A stretch of 64,000 bases of DNA from Candidatus Dojkabacteria bacterium (GTDB lineage Bacteria > Patescibacteriota > Dojkabacteria > SC72). Positions 45,351-55,458 of this stretch are shown in pieces. Made by a program: the position numbers and the translations under genes. The stretch spans positions 155,188 to 219,187 of the forward strand of contig JACPFP010000002.1 in the NCBI GenBank assembly GCA_016182915.1. The letters are read 5' to 3'. The notes beneath the pieces were generated by a model, which was not told the origin of the DNA, ran no database searches, and worked only from the letters and a program-made list of their open reading frames with translations. The stretch's first letter is position 1. Each line of letters opens with the position of its first letter.

Positions 45351-45968
45351 CTATATATCTTTATATGGGAATAGCTTGAAGATGTAACATAGAAGCAGGG
45401 ATGTAACTATCCCTCCATATATATCTATTAGATAATGCGATCTCCCTATAATTATCAGCATTATAACTATTAGCCAGATGATAAAGAATATATACCCCCA
45501 CCTCCTATTTATATCGTATATAAACAGAGTTAAGAGAAGTGATAGCCCTGTATGTGCAGAGAAAAAGTATCCATTATAGTCGAAAATCATAGAATACAAT
45601 TCCATTTCAGTACGGGTATCATATCCCTCATAAGATGGCCCAACGGGATTAAGAATAATAGTGATAGATCTAAGGAGGTACATTGAAGCTAGAATCCAAA
45701 TATACCTGCTAAAGTTTCTAAAACCATTCTTAAACCCAATGTATATGAACGATATAATCATGAAAATAATTAGAATGTCGTTCAGAACAGGAGCAAAGGA
45801 CCAGTATGGTAACACTGAGAAGCTAATATCATGCATAACTGCTCTATCTGGCGCTAACAAAGGAATTAACACATTGCCAGAGTACATATTAAGAAGGAAA
45901 CCCATAAAGAGAAGAAAAATAGGAAAAAGGAATAGATATCTCTTAAAAAAACTCTGACTTACATTCAA
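45351..45968 (-). CDS. polytopic membrane protein (possibly PAP2-like phosphatase)
   Basis: 6 predicted TM helices. Weak PAP2-like motifs (SAHTG; GRSHYLID). Confidence 0.4.
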   Translation of the reverse strand: MNVSQSFFKRYLFLFPIFLLFMGFLLNMYSGNVLIPLLAPDRAVMHDISFSVLPYWSFAPVLNDILIIFMIISFIYIGFKNGFRNFSRYIWILASMYLLRSITIILNPVGPSYEGYDTRTEMELYSMIFDYNGYFFSAHTGLSLLLTLFIYDINRRWGYIFFIIWLIVIMLIIIGRSHYLIDIYGGIVTSLLLCYIFKLFPYKDI

Positions 45969-46040
45969 AGCATTAATGTTGAAAGCTTAATACTCAAATA
46001 TTACAGTATTTACTCTACCAAGTTAAGCAGGGCCTTTGCA

Positions 46041-46805
46041 CTATTTTAAAGTGAAACCTCCATCCACATATACAACCTGACCTGTCATCGAGTCATTTTT
46101 TGCTAGGAATATAAACGTATCTGCAACCTCATCAAGTGAAACATACCTTCCAGTTACCGTTTGAGCTATAAACCCACTCTTCATTTCTTCTGAAAATTTT
46201 TCATATCTTGGTACATATGTAAACCCTGGAGCTACGGCATTAACTAGAATTTTTGGTCCCCATAATTTAGCGAGTGTTTTTGTCAAAGAATTCACTGCCG
46301 CCTTTGAAGCCGAATATACAACAGCACTACCTCCCCCATATTCACCCCCCCTAATCGAGCTGGTATTTATTATCTTTCCCTTTATATGTTTTTTAGAAAA
46401 AATCTGATAACTCTTCTGGCATACACTCATCATACCGACAAGGTTAACACCTAGAAGTTCTAACATATCTTTCTGACTCTGTTGAAGAAAAGGTTTTGCA
46501 TCACTCCCTACCCCTGCATTGTTAACAACGATATCTAGTATCCCGAACTTGTTGATAACCGTTTTGAAGAGATTAGTGATTTCGGATTCACTCTTGAGGT
46601 CACATTTCACATAGATTACCTCAGCATTTTTCAAAGACTTCATAGTATCCTTCATACCTTGAAGATTGCTATTGTACGTAAGGATAAGACGGCATCCCTC
46701 ATTCGCAAACCTCTTTGCAAGATGTTGGCCAATACCACTAGAGGCCCCAGTTATTAAAACAACTTTTGCTTTAAGTTCCATTATATATCCCTGGATAAGT
46801 TCCAA
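46041..46805 (-). CDS. SDR family oxidoreductase
   Basis: TGASSGIG glycine motif and YSASK catalytic motif. Confidence 0.85.
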   Translation of the reverse strand: MELIQGYIMELKAKVVLITGASSGIGQHLAKRFANEGCRLILTYNSNLQGMKDTMKSLKNAEVIYVKCDLKSESEITNLFKTVINKFGILDIVVNNAGVGSDAKPFLQQSQKDMLELLGVNLVGMMSVCQKSYQIFSKKHIKGKIINTSSIRGGEYGGGSAVVYSASKAAVNSLTKTLAKLWGPKILVNAVAPGFTYVPRYEKFSEEMKSGFIAQTVTGRYVSLDEVADTFIFLAKNDSMTGQVVYVDGGFTLK

Positions 46806-47260
46806 ATCATATCGTAGACCTGATTAGCCATAGCAACAACAGAAGGATCCTTAATAACAACACCCCATGGATGCTCAGAATCGAGTGATGTATAGGTAAC
46901 GGTGTCCCCAAAGATAGCAAACATAACCTCTGCATCGTACCCTTCAGGCATAATTCTAGCCTGCTTAAGCGTCTTAGGATTACTTCTTTCTATTTCCAAA
47001 TCGCTGTCACTACTACAAATCAAATTCTGTATACTTATTCCCTTCTCAACTCGCGTTGAAATGACTTCACGAACCATCATATCCGTCTTCTTATGAAATT
47101 TAGCAACTTTGTGCCCATTAATAATCTGCTTAATGTGCTTTTCACCCGACTGAATTCTAAGGAGTAGAGGAATGGTATATCCATGCATTCCATCGTAGAA
47201 AGTAAAACTACCCTCTGGGAGTTTCTCAACCATATTTCTCAACCGTTCATTTATATCCAT
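46781..47260 (-). CDS. hypothetical protein
   Basis: 159-aa ORF, overlaps the SDR gene by 25 bp. Confidence 0.35.
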   Translation of the reverse strand: MDINERLRNMVEKLPEGSFTFYDGMHGYTIPLLLRIQSGEKHIKQIINGHKVAKFHKKTDMMVREVISTRVEKGISIQNLICSSDSDLEIERSNPKTLKQARIMPEGYDAEVMFAIFGDTVTYTSLDSEHPWGVVIKDPSVVAMANQVYDMIWNLSRDI

Positions 47261-47339
47261 ATTAATAGTATAATTAACATATATTATTTAACTACATAGG
47301 GATTATATTTCCTAAGCAGTAGTAGCTCAATCAACTATC

Positions 47340-48125
47340 ATGAATACTATTCTCCAAAAACTAGGATTAACTGAGAATGAATCTAAGATATATATTGGAT
47401 TTAGTAGAAATCCAAAAAGAAGCGCCGCGCAAATATCCCGAATTCTGCATATGGATAAGTCATCTGCATACAAAGCCGTAGACTCCCTTCTTTCCAAAGG
47501 GCTTCTTATAAGGGAAGGTTGGAAGACTGGAGCAATATACTCAGCTTCCTCTCCTGATGTCTTAAATGATCTATACAAAGCAAAGGAGATAGAGCTAAAG
47601 AATCAGAAGGATCTGCTATACGATTTCATCTTTAAACTTAAGAGTGAGAAAACAGATAAAAGGTCTACATACATATCTATTGAAAAAGGTATAGAAGGGC
47701 TCATGTTAAGAATGACAGAGAGTCTGGAAAGTAAAGAGAAATTAATTCGGGAGAGTTTTAGACATTTTGGGGTGTTTGAAGATCCTAAATATATTAAATT
47801 CGTAAAAGGGTATGCGAAAGAAAGAATAAAAAAGAAGATAAGGATAAAGGAGCTACAATCTTATAAAGATAGAGCCAAAGGAGTTAGGGTCTACGAGTCT
47901 ATAATGACCGATTTGAAGAAGTATATGAAGGAACAGAGAGACTTACCAACGACCTTTAAGGATAAGAATGGGTATAGAATATGGGATAATACAGCTACAA
48001 TATTAAGTTATGATAATAGCGGAGAATTCATTGTCCTTACAATTAAAGATGAGTATATAGTTACCCTCCTAAAAAGTATGTTTGACTACATCTGGGGACA
48101 AAGTACACCTGTGATTAAGAAGTAA
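47340..48125 (+). CDS. TrmB-family transcriptional regulator
   Basis: LGLTENESKIYIGF...ISRILHMDKSSAYKAVDSLLSKGLL winged-HTH. Confidence 0.65.
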   Translation: MNTILQKLGLTENESKIYIGFSRNPKRSAAQISRILHMDKSSAYKAVDSLLSKGLLIREGWKTGAIYSASSPDVLNDLYKAKEIELKNQKDLLYDFIFKLKSEKTDKRSTYISIEKGIEGLMLRMTESLESKEKLIRESFRHFGVFEDPKYIKFVKGYAKERIKKKIRIKELQSYKDRAKGVRVYESIMTDLKKYMKEQRDLPTTFKDKNGYRIWDNTATILSYDNSGEFIVLTIKDEYIVTLLKSMFDYIWGQSTPVIKK

Positions 48126-48191
48126 CAATAGCAATTCTCTTTAAATTATCCTAGAATATTACATCTCTAACTTATTATTTTGGACTAGTTC

Positions 48192-48869
48192 ATGAATAAA
48201 GCAGCAGTTATAACCGGTGGAAGCGATGGGATTGGTAAAGCACTAGCTATTAGACTAGCAAGCAGTGGTTTCAACGTAATTACAATAGGAAGGGATGAGA
48301 AAAAGCTTAAAGAACTCGATAAATACAACATCTCTTACCTCGTCGGAGATATTACAAACGATGACATATTCCAGAATTTCATATCCCTAGTCCGAAGTAA
48401 AACAAACTCCGTAGACTTACTCGTTAATAATGCTGGAGTACAGATTGGAAATGCCCTACTGGTTGAAGCTAGTTACTCAGACATTGAACAAATGCTAGAT
48501 ATTCATGTGAAAGTCCCCTTAAAACTAGTTCAAGAGCTAAAAGCAGATCTCAAAAAATCTCCCTCACCACAGATATTTAATATAGTAAGCGTGGTTGTAA
48601 AAAACTATTTAAAAGAGACATACGGTCCATATACGATTTCTAAATATGCAGAGTATGGACTTGGCAACATGCTCGTAAAGGAACTCGCAAAAGAGGATAT
48701 TAGAGTTACAAATGTCATACTAGGAGGGGCGAATACTAGTATCAGGGAGATGGAACGACCTGAATACCTGAACCCTGATGATGTATCGATAGTTCTTGAA
48801 AAGTTAACCCAAACTCCTGTTAATGTTTTCATGCCAGAACTTTTTATGAGCCCAAAGGTACAACTCTAA
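48192..48869 (+). CDS. SDR family oxidoreductase
   Basis: TGGSDGIG motif and YTISK catalytic motif. Confidence 0.8.
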   Translation: MNKAAVITGGSDGIGKALAIRLASSGFNVITIGRDEKKLKELDKYNISYLVGDITNDDIFQNFISLVRSKTNSVDLLVNNAGVQIGNALLVEASYSDIEQMLDIHVKVPLKLVQELKADLKKSPSPQIFNIVSVVVKNYLKETYGPYTISKYAEYGLGNMLVKELAKEDIRVTNVILGGANTSIREMERPEYLNPDDVSIVLEKLTQTPVNVFMPELFMSPKVQL

Positions 48870-48871
48870 AC

Positions 48872-48946
48872 ATCGGGGTGACCTGACTCGAACAGGCGAC
48901 CTCTACGTCCCGAACGTAGCGTTCTAGCCATCTGAACTACACCCCG
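48872..48946 (-). tRNA. tRNA-Pro (anticodon CGG)
   Basis: Reverse complement gives CGGGGTG...CTACG-TTCGGGA-CGTAG...TTCGAGT...CACCCCG-A. Confidence 0.85.
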
Positions 48947-48949
48947 AAA

Positions 48950-49816
48950 TTAATAAAACTTCTTATTGTATTCCTTAAGAGCCATCTTTCCACTAATATT
49001 TTTAATATCCTTAGGTTCAAAGATCGATACCCCTGCATTTATAGGTGTATTATTCTCATCTTCATACAGAAACTTCTCTCTATCCCAATTCTGTATTATC
49101 GCAAGGATACTCAGGAGACCAAGATGATGACCAATAACCATAACTTTCTTCCCAATATATTTCCTGTAAAGGTGTTTAAAGAAATCACTATGACGGTTTA
49201 TTACATCTAAAAGACTCTCCCCATTTGAATACCTAAAAGCATACCCCGACTCAATAGCTTTAAACAAAGCCTCTTTAGGCATAAATACATGAGCCAATCT
49301 AGCGTTATTGAAAATATCTTGAATTCCATGCTCCTGTTCTCTCAGACGGACATACTCGACAACCTTAACCTTACCTAATTCTGGCCATCCTTTAATCAGA
49401 TATTCAAGAGTTTGTTTCGTTCTTTTATAGGGAGAAACATATATTACATCAGGGAGCTCATAACCCTCCGCTCTCATCCCCATACCCGTCTTCAAGGCCT
49501 GATCTCTACCTGTTTTGGTTATTTCGGTTTCAAATGAACTCCCTTTTGATGGAAACTCCTTTATAACATCGTAAGCTAGGGCTTTAAGCTTCTCACTTGG
49601 ATACTCCTCCTTCAGAATTACAATCATTGCCTCCCCTATCTTTTTGCTATTAACGAGTTTAAGAATCTTTCCCCATTCCGCATCATCTAACTCTCGAAAC
49701 TTTTTGTATACAGGAGATTCCTCTATATCCTTCTTTAACTTATTGTACATAGACTCTCCATGACGAATATATACTATGGAAGAAGGAGAATATTTTGCAG
49801 TCTTAGTTTTAGACAT
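48950..49816 (-). CDS. histidine phosphatase superfamily protein (phosphoglycerate mutase-like)
   Basis: RHG motif (VYIRHGES) near the N-terminus. Confidence 0.75.
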   Translation of the reverse strand: MSKTKTAKYSPSSIVYIRHGESMYNKLKKDIEESPVYKKFRELDDAEWGKILKLVNSKKIGEAMIVILKEEYPSEKLKALAYDVIKEFPSKGSSFETEITKTGRDQALKTGMGMRAEGYELPDVIYVSPYKRTKQTLEYLIKGWPELGKVKVVEYVRLREQEHGIQDIFNNARLAHVFMPKEALFKAIESGYAFRYSNGESLLDVINRHSDFFKHLYRKYIGKKVMVIGHHLGLLSILAIIQNWDREKFLYEDENNTPINAGVSIFEPKDIKNISGKMALKEYNKKFY

Positions 49817-49856
49817 AACCCAAACTATTTAAATTAGTATAAATAGTAACGAGATT

Positions 49857-52463
49857 TTACATCTGCTCTACTGTATCTATCCCTAGAATATAAAGGGCTT
49901 TCTTAAGAATCTCAGTTGTAATATATACAAGCCTTAGTCTACTCTCTTTTACGTTTAAATCTCTCTCATTCTGAATATTGAATTCCCCATAGAATTTATT
50001 AAAGGATTCTGACAACTCATAGATATATCTGCAAAGAAGATGCGGAGATATATTATTTGCCGCATTCTTCACGAGTTCAGGATATTCACCTATCTTCTTT
50101 AATAGCTCTATCTCAACTTCACTATTAAGGACCTTATCCAATTCTAATTCCTTACTTCTAAATTCATACTTACAATTTCTTAGAATACTTAAACCTCTCG
50201 CATATGAATAGAGGATATATGGAGCCGCAAAGCCTGTCATACTCATAAACTTATCTATATCCCAGTTGATATCCTTATGAAGTTCATGTGAAAGTATTGC
50301 GAACTTCAGGGCCCCCATTGCAACAGTATGCGCAATTAAATCCTTCTCCTCATTACTATACCCTTTGTCTACACCTATACTCTTTCGAGCAATCTCCTCT
50401 GCCTCTGCTATAAGGTCAGTATATTTAACATTCTTTCCCGTTTTAGAACTCATCTTCTTGTTCTCGAAAAGCAACCATCCAAAACCAATATGCATATACT
50501 TTCCTTCAAGGTTAGGGAAGATAAGCTCGAGAGCTTTAATCATAGCCTTGAAGTATGCGTTCTGTTCTACTGACGTTGTTACAATGGCAAGATCTAAGGA
50601 AGGATAGTCAGTGAACTTTTTGACTGCTAAACCTAAGTCCTTACCAGAGTACGAAGGGAAACCGGCAGAGGTTAAGAACACCCATCTTTGAAGGCCATAT
50701 TTCTCGCCCTCAAAGATAACCGCTCCAGCATCCTTGGTAAAGACCTTTCCTATGTTCTCAGTTACAATCTCCTTCCCATTTTTCCATACAACAGATTCTG
50801 GATACTGTATATCATACTCAACTCCAAGCTCCTTAAATGCCTTATCCTGATGTTTGATACTAATCTCCCTTGTATATTCATAAAGCTCAATAATATTTTC
50901 ATCTGAGCGATTGTATATCTTCATATTTATATCTTTAACCTCTTCTAAAACATTCTCTTTCTCCGAAGACAGTTTTCTACCGAATACATACGATTGATCA
51001 AGATATCTAGCGGCTTCATCTATCCCCTTTTCCTTAACAATTTGGTCTAAACTCTCTTTAATTTCGGCAACATCCTCCTTTGAAAGCTTGCTATACCACG
51101 TCCCATTTCTGTTTATAACTCCCCATATACAGTTAGAGACCTGAAGACCAATATCCCCAAAGTAGTTAGCTTTGATTACATCGTATCCGAGATTGGCATA
51201 AAGTCTGGCAATTGGAAGACCTGTTACCGCACTTTTGAAGTGTCCTAGTTGTAGGGCTTTATGGGTGTTGGGCTGGCCAAACTCTACCATAACCTGTTTT
51301 CCCCTCCCGATATCTCCTTTTCCGTACTCCTCACTATAGCTATTTACAACGCTTTTAACCTCTTCACTCTTAATAAAGAAGTTTATATATCCTGGATTTA
51401 CGGTTTCAACTCTATCTATGAAATCAAGTTTCTTAATATTTCCGGCTAGTTCCTGCGCAATCTTAATTGGAGCCTTCTTAAGTTTTTCTGCAAGGTTCAT
51501 CGCTACTGTTGTAGAGTAGTCTCCAAACTTATTGTTATTATTTTTTATAATGACAACCCTATTCTTCCCTGCAAGAAGGTCTTTGGAAAGTGTAAGGACA
51601 GAGTCGTATACAATCACTTGTATCTTTTCCTCAATACTTCCTTCGTCATACTCGTAAGTCTTCTCCTCCTTCTTCTGAGCCTGTACTTTAACCTGGTCAA
51701 CTTTCTGAATTACAGGTATAGATACTCCTTCTATATCTTTAGACTTATAGTCGATTTCAACCTCGGGAGTTTCAATATCCAGGGTAATTACAAAACCTTT
51801 TCCTCCAAAGTTAGATGTTACATAATCTATAAATTCATTTGCCGCTTTCAATATATTTTTCTCGTTAATTCCTTTGAAACCATCCATAATGAAATATCCA
51901 TCTTTAGACTCCTCTGTTAGTTTTGTTCTTTCACACTGTCTCCAGTTTAACGAGAGGGTCGAAACATCATAATCATCGGCCCAGATAAGATCACCGATCT
52001 TTGGAGACTTAGCCTTTTCTTCTGAGATACCTAACCAATGTTCATCTCCTTTTGCAAACTTCATCACAAAATCACCGTAGACTTTGCTAAGATCCTCGCC
52101 ACCAAAAGGAGTAATGTACTTAATACTGAAGGAATTATATAGATCAACAATAGGATTAATTCTAGGAAGATTTCCACCCTCTACTACTCTTGATGCTAAA
52201 GCGAAATGTGTTGGTTTAGTTCTCTTAGGATTAGCCCCGAATTTCTCGAAGGCTTCAAAATACGCTTTTATGTATGGGTGGGAGACAATCTCATCACTCC
52301 CCTCTACTTCCTTTATAAGAGTCTTCTGAGCATTCTCTTTAAATTTTGTAAGGAGTTTCTCTTTATCTTCATTCCAACTATTATCAAATCCCTGAATAAT
52401 CGGGATTGCGACAAAAAGATCAGGGAATTTTTCGAATACCTCACTTTCAATTCTAAATTTCAT
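49857..52463 (-). CDS. argS: arginyl-tRNA synthetase fused to N-terminal B3/4 tRNA-binding domain
   Basis: C-terminal class I ArgRS (PNTHKALQLGH HIGH region, Arg_tRNA_synt_N-like segment, anticodon-binding tail). The N-terminal ~225 aa match the stand-alone B3/4 domain protein pattern (MKFRIESEVFEKFPDL..., LPRINPIVDLYNSFSIKYITPFGGEDL, WRQCERTKLTEESKD). 868 aa. Confidence 0.9.
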   Translation of the reverse strand: MKFRIESEVFEKFPDLFVAIPIIQGFDNSWNEDKEKLLTKFKENAQKTLIKEVEGSDEIVSHPYIKAYFEAFEKFGANPKRTKPTHFALASRVVEGGNLPRINPIVDLYNSFSIKYITPFGGEDLSKVYGDFVMKFAKGDEHWLGISEEKAKSPKIGDLIWADDYDVSTLSLNWRQCERTKLTEESKDGYFIMDGFKGINEKNILKAANEFIDYVTSNFGGKGFVITLDIETPEVEIDYKSKDIEGVSIPVIQKVDQVKVQAQKKEEKTYEYDEGSIEEKIQVIVYDSVLTLSKDLLAGKNRVVIIKNNNNKFGDYSTTVAMNLAEKLKKAPIKIAQELAGNIKKLDFIDRVETVNPGYINFFIKSEEVKSVVNSYSEEYGKGDIGRGKQVMVEFGQPNTHKALQLGHFKSAVTGLPIARLYANLGYDVIKANYFGDIGLQVSNCIWGVINRNGTWYSKLSKEDVAEIKESLDQIVKEKGIDEAARYLDQSYVFGRKLSSEKENVLEEVKDINMKIYNRSDENIIELYEYTREISIKHQDKAFKELGVEYDIQYPESVVWKNGKEIVTENIGKVFTKDAGAVIFEGEKYGLQRWVFLTSAGFPSYSGKDLGLAVKKFTDYPSLDLAIVTTSVEQNAYFKAMIKALELIFPNLEGKYMHIGFGWLLFENKKMSSKTGKNVKYTDLIAEAEEIARKSIGVDKGYSNEEKDLIAHTVAMGALKFAILSHELHKDINWDIDKFMSMTGFAAPYILYSYARGLSILRNCKYEFRSKELELDKVLNSEVEIELLKKIGEYPELVKNAANNISPHLLCRYIYELSESFNKFYGEFNIQNERDLNVKESRLRLVYITTEILKKALYILGIDTVEQM

Positions 52464-52485
52464 TTTTATACGACTTATTTATATG

Positions 52486-52559
52486 CGCGCCTGGAAGGAG
52501 TCGAACCCTCAACCCCTAGTTCCGAAGACTAGTGCTCTATCCAGTTGAGCTACAGGCGC
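52486..52559 (-). tRNA. tRNA-Arg (anticodon TCG)
   Basis: Reverse complement gives GCGCCTG...CTAGT-CTTCGGA-ACTAG...TTCGACT...CAGGCGC-G. Confidence 0.8.
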
Positions 52560-52638
52560 ATATTAAAAATACTATCTAATTTTTTAAGAACAATCTCTCT
52601 TTACTTCCATATTACACTACCGATCACATATTCATATG

Positions 52639-52712
52639 CGTACCTGAACGGAATCGAACCGTTAACCTTTGGTTCCGCAAACCAATGCTCTATCCAATTG
52701 AGCTACAGGTAC
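52639..52712 (-). tRNA. tRNA-Arg (anticodon GCG, unusual)
   Basis: Reverse complement gives GTACCTG...TTGGT-TTGCGGA-ACCAA...TTCGATT...CAGGTAC-G. Positions 34-36 read GCG. Confidence 0.7.
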
Positions 52713-52743
52713 ATGGGAAAATATAAGGATGGAAATTTTTAAA

Positions 52744-52820
52744 TGGCGTACCCGGCCGGAATCGAACCGACAACCTACTACTTAGAAGGCAGTTGCTCTA
52801 TCCAATTGAGCTACGGGTAC
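52744..52820 (-). tRNA. tRNA-Arg (anticodon TCT), CCA encoded
   Basis: Reverse complement gives GTACCCG...ACTGC-CTTCTAA-GTAGT (one G-U pair)...TTCGATT...CGGGTAC-G-CCA. Confidence 0.8.
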
Positions 52821-53419
52821 ATGCCATGGGTATTATATAACAAAAAACCCCATCCTTAAACCACATTACCTGTGATCTAGGGACGGAGTTACCGTGGTGC
52901 CACCCTACTTTACAAACTATATTATGATATAGCCTGACTTAATTACCTTCCCTACTTGCATAAATGCTTTCTTCGGGAGAAGACAAAAGCTCTTTTCTAC
53001 ATAACATACTATTAGGTTTACACTCTACCTAACTCACTATAAATATTGGTATGTATACTCTTCTTTATGTTTAGATTATATGAAAATTTTAGATCAATTA
53101 CAATATCTATTATGAATATCCCTAGATAAGGCGATGTATGTGTGAGTTCCACGGCTAATTTTAGGAAGTTTTACTTCGGATAGCGACCTTAGCTAAAGCG
53201 AAAAGTTTAACTCATCTTCCTCTATTCACGGAAGCCCTTCAAAAAAGGTAATTTCGACCTCAAGATGCGTGGAACTTAGCTCCAATTTTTATAGACTAAG
53301 GAGAAAGATACAAGACGAACCTTAGAAAGCTAGAGAGAGAGGATACCGGTATAATAAGAAAAGCCGGCGTTGAATCGTTTTGAACTTCGGCCCCTAATCA
53401 CCATGAAACATAAAGAGAA

Positions 53420-54589
53420 TTACTTCTCATTCAAAATCTTCTTTACGAGGTTGGAAATATCAAAAGCCTGTGCCTTTGAGATGCTCAAACCGGTGGGAAG
53501 ATTGATTATATGCCTTGAAATTTCCTCCGCAGTAGGACACTCACTCCACCTATACCCCATTGCTTCTATATTTGTGGATGCAGGATATACAAGGGGATTA
53601 TACCAGTTACCATAATATACATTTGCCTTATCTAAAGCCTTTTGCACTTTGTTTAGCACTTGATAATCATCAATAACCAGTGGGAAACGAACTGTAGAGA
53701 CTCCTCTTAAATGTGGAACACTCAAAGCACTAGCATATATATCGTTAATATATTCCCTGTGTGAAAGGTTTTCTTCAAGATCCTTCATTTGATCAAGTAT
53801 CACGTGCGAAAGAACATTAGGAAGTTTCCTGGGGTATCCGCTTGGCTTTATCCCTCTAAGTTCAGAACGGTAGAAACCCATATTTAGCAACCCAAGGCTA
53901 TTTAGAAAAAGTGAAACACCGGTTTGAAGACCCCTCAAGCTTCTAAGTCCCCTCCATACTACCGGATTAAGTAGCCAAAGGAACGTATCTATAATTCCAA
54001 GGTTCCTAATCTTTGAATACTCTCTATCTAACATAGGAATTAGCTCAGGATTATTTACAATTAATGCTCCACCCACTCTTGTTGAAAGAATCTTCTCAAT
54101 ACCAAAGCTGATAATAGCCGCATCACCCTTACTCCCCTGCTTATTATTTCCAAGTGAGTGAGCGCAGTCTTCCAACACATAAATCCCCTTAGATTTAGCA
54201 AACTTGAGCATTTCATCACTCAATCCACCAATACCAAAGGTATGCTGAGCAATCAGGACCTTTGTTCTTGTTGAAACCCTCTCCTTTAATGACTTAAAAT
54301 CCATACCGAAACTTTTAGGTGAGATATCAATGTACAGGGGGGTATGTTTTAGCCAAAGAATGGGGTTAACAACTGCATTACAGGTAAAAGCTTGAATTGC
54401 TACCTCTGTATCTAAAGGTAAATCAAGAGCTTTGAGGAAGAGATACTCAGCACTTCTCGCATTAGAAAATAGATATACTCTTTTAGCACCGTACATACTG
54501 CCAAGACTTTTCTCCAAACGACTACTGTAGTCCCCTTTATAGTACCTGGTAAAGCCAAATATCATCTTCAAATACTCGAGGTTCTGCAT
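53420..54589 (-). CDS. DegT/DnrJ/EryC1/StrS family PLP-dependent sugar aminotransferase
   Basis: Fold-type I aminotransferase pattern, including a SFGIEKILSTRVGGALI Lys-containing segment. Confidence 0.85.
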   Translation of the reverse strand: MQNLEYLKMIFGFTRYYKGDYSSRLEKSLGSMYGAKRVYLFSNARSAEYLFLKALDLPLDTEVAIQAFTCNAVVNPILWLKHTPLYIDISPKSFGMDFKSLKERVSTRTKVLIAQHTFGIGGLSDEMLKFAKSKGIYVLEDCAHSLGNNKQGSKGDAAIISFGIEKILSTRVGGALIVNNPELIPMLDREYSKIRNLGIIDTFLWLLNPVVWRGLRSLRGLQTGVSLFLNSLGLLNMGFYRSELRGIKPSGYPRKLPNVLSHVILDQMKDLEENLSHREYINDIYASALSVPHLRGVSTVRFPLVIDDYQVLNKVQKALDKANVYYGNWYNPLVYPASTNIEAMGYRWSECPTAEEISRHIINLPTGLSISKAQAFDISNLVKKILNEK

Positions 54590-54630
54590 CCAATTAATTT
54601 ACAATTTTATATAATACATTATACAACCCT

Positions 54631-55458
54631 TTACTCCAGATTGATAACTATATCCCCTGCTTTAACAGTATCAATATGTTTAATTCCAAGAGTATTAAAC
54701 CTCGATAGAGTTTCATTCCCAGGATGACCGTAACTGTTATCCTTACCATAACTACATATAACTAGTGAGGGAGATAAATATTCCAAAAATCTATATGAGG
54801 AGGAGCTGTTAGAGCAGTGATGACCCGCTTTGAGTATTTCTATGTCACTTGGTATAGCTTTACTGCTAATTAGCGATACCTCTCTCTCCGTTTCAACATC
54901 TCCGACATAGAGAATCCTCCTCCCCTTATCGTCCAACTCCAACACAACAGAGGAATTATTAACATCCTTCTGTGATTCAAAACATTTTTCAACAGTTTCT
55001 CCATAACTTACTGAATATCCATTACTATCTACATTAACCTTAATATAGTCGGAGTATATAACATCAGTCCTCTCACTGAGGTTATCGATAAGGTATCTCA
55101 AGGTATCATTGTTTACACAGGAAGTGGGAAGTACTAGATGTCTTATTCTATATCTCTTCACAACCTCAACTAAACCAAGCATATGATCTTCATGTGGATG
55201 TGTTAGTACTACATAATCTATTTCTTGATTAACATTTAGATACTTTTGAAGCTTTTGGACGAAAAAAGAATCAGGTCCTCCATCAATTAAGATCTCAACC
55301 TCATCAGACAGTTTAATTAATGAGGCATCCCCCTGTCCTACATCAAAAAATATAAGCCTTGGATATATACCTTGATCGTATAACAGTATACTATATAGGA
55401 TAGAGGATATAAGCAAGAGGAACATAAACCTGCTAGTACTGGATGCTAAGCCCATCAT
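54631..55458 (-). CDS. comEC: ComEC C-terminal metallo-beta-lactamase domain (separate ORF)
   Basis: HPHEDH and DVGQGD MBL motifs. The start overlaps the stop of the upstream comEC membrane ORF by ATGA. Confidence 0.75.
   Translation of the reverse strand: MMGLASSTSRFMFLLLISSILYSILLYDQGIYPRLIFFDVGQGDASLIKLSDEVEILIDGGPDSFFVQKLQKYLNVNQEIDYVVLTHPHEDHMLGLVEVVKRYRIRHLVLPTSCVNNDTLRYLIDNLSERTDVIYSDYIKVNVDSNGYSVSYGETVEKCFESQKDVNNSSVVLELDDKGRRILYVGDVETEREVSLISSKAIPSDIEILKAGHHCSNSSSSYRFLEYLSPSLVICSYGKDNSYGHPGNETLSRFNTLGIKHIDTVKAGDIVINLE

Noticed and set aside
52206-52742. ORFs 52206-52532 and 52545-52742 overlapping the tRNA-Arg genes.
   Set aside because: The sequence is fully accounted for by three cloverleaf tRNAs on the opposite strand.
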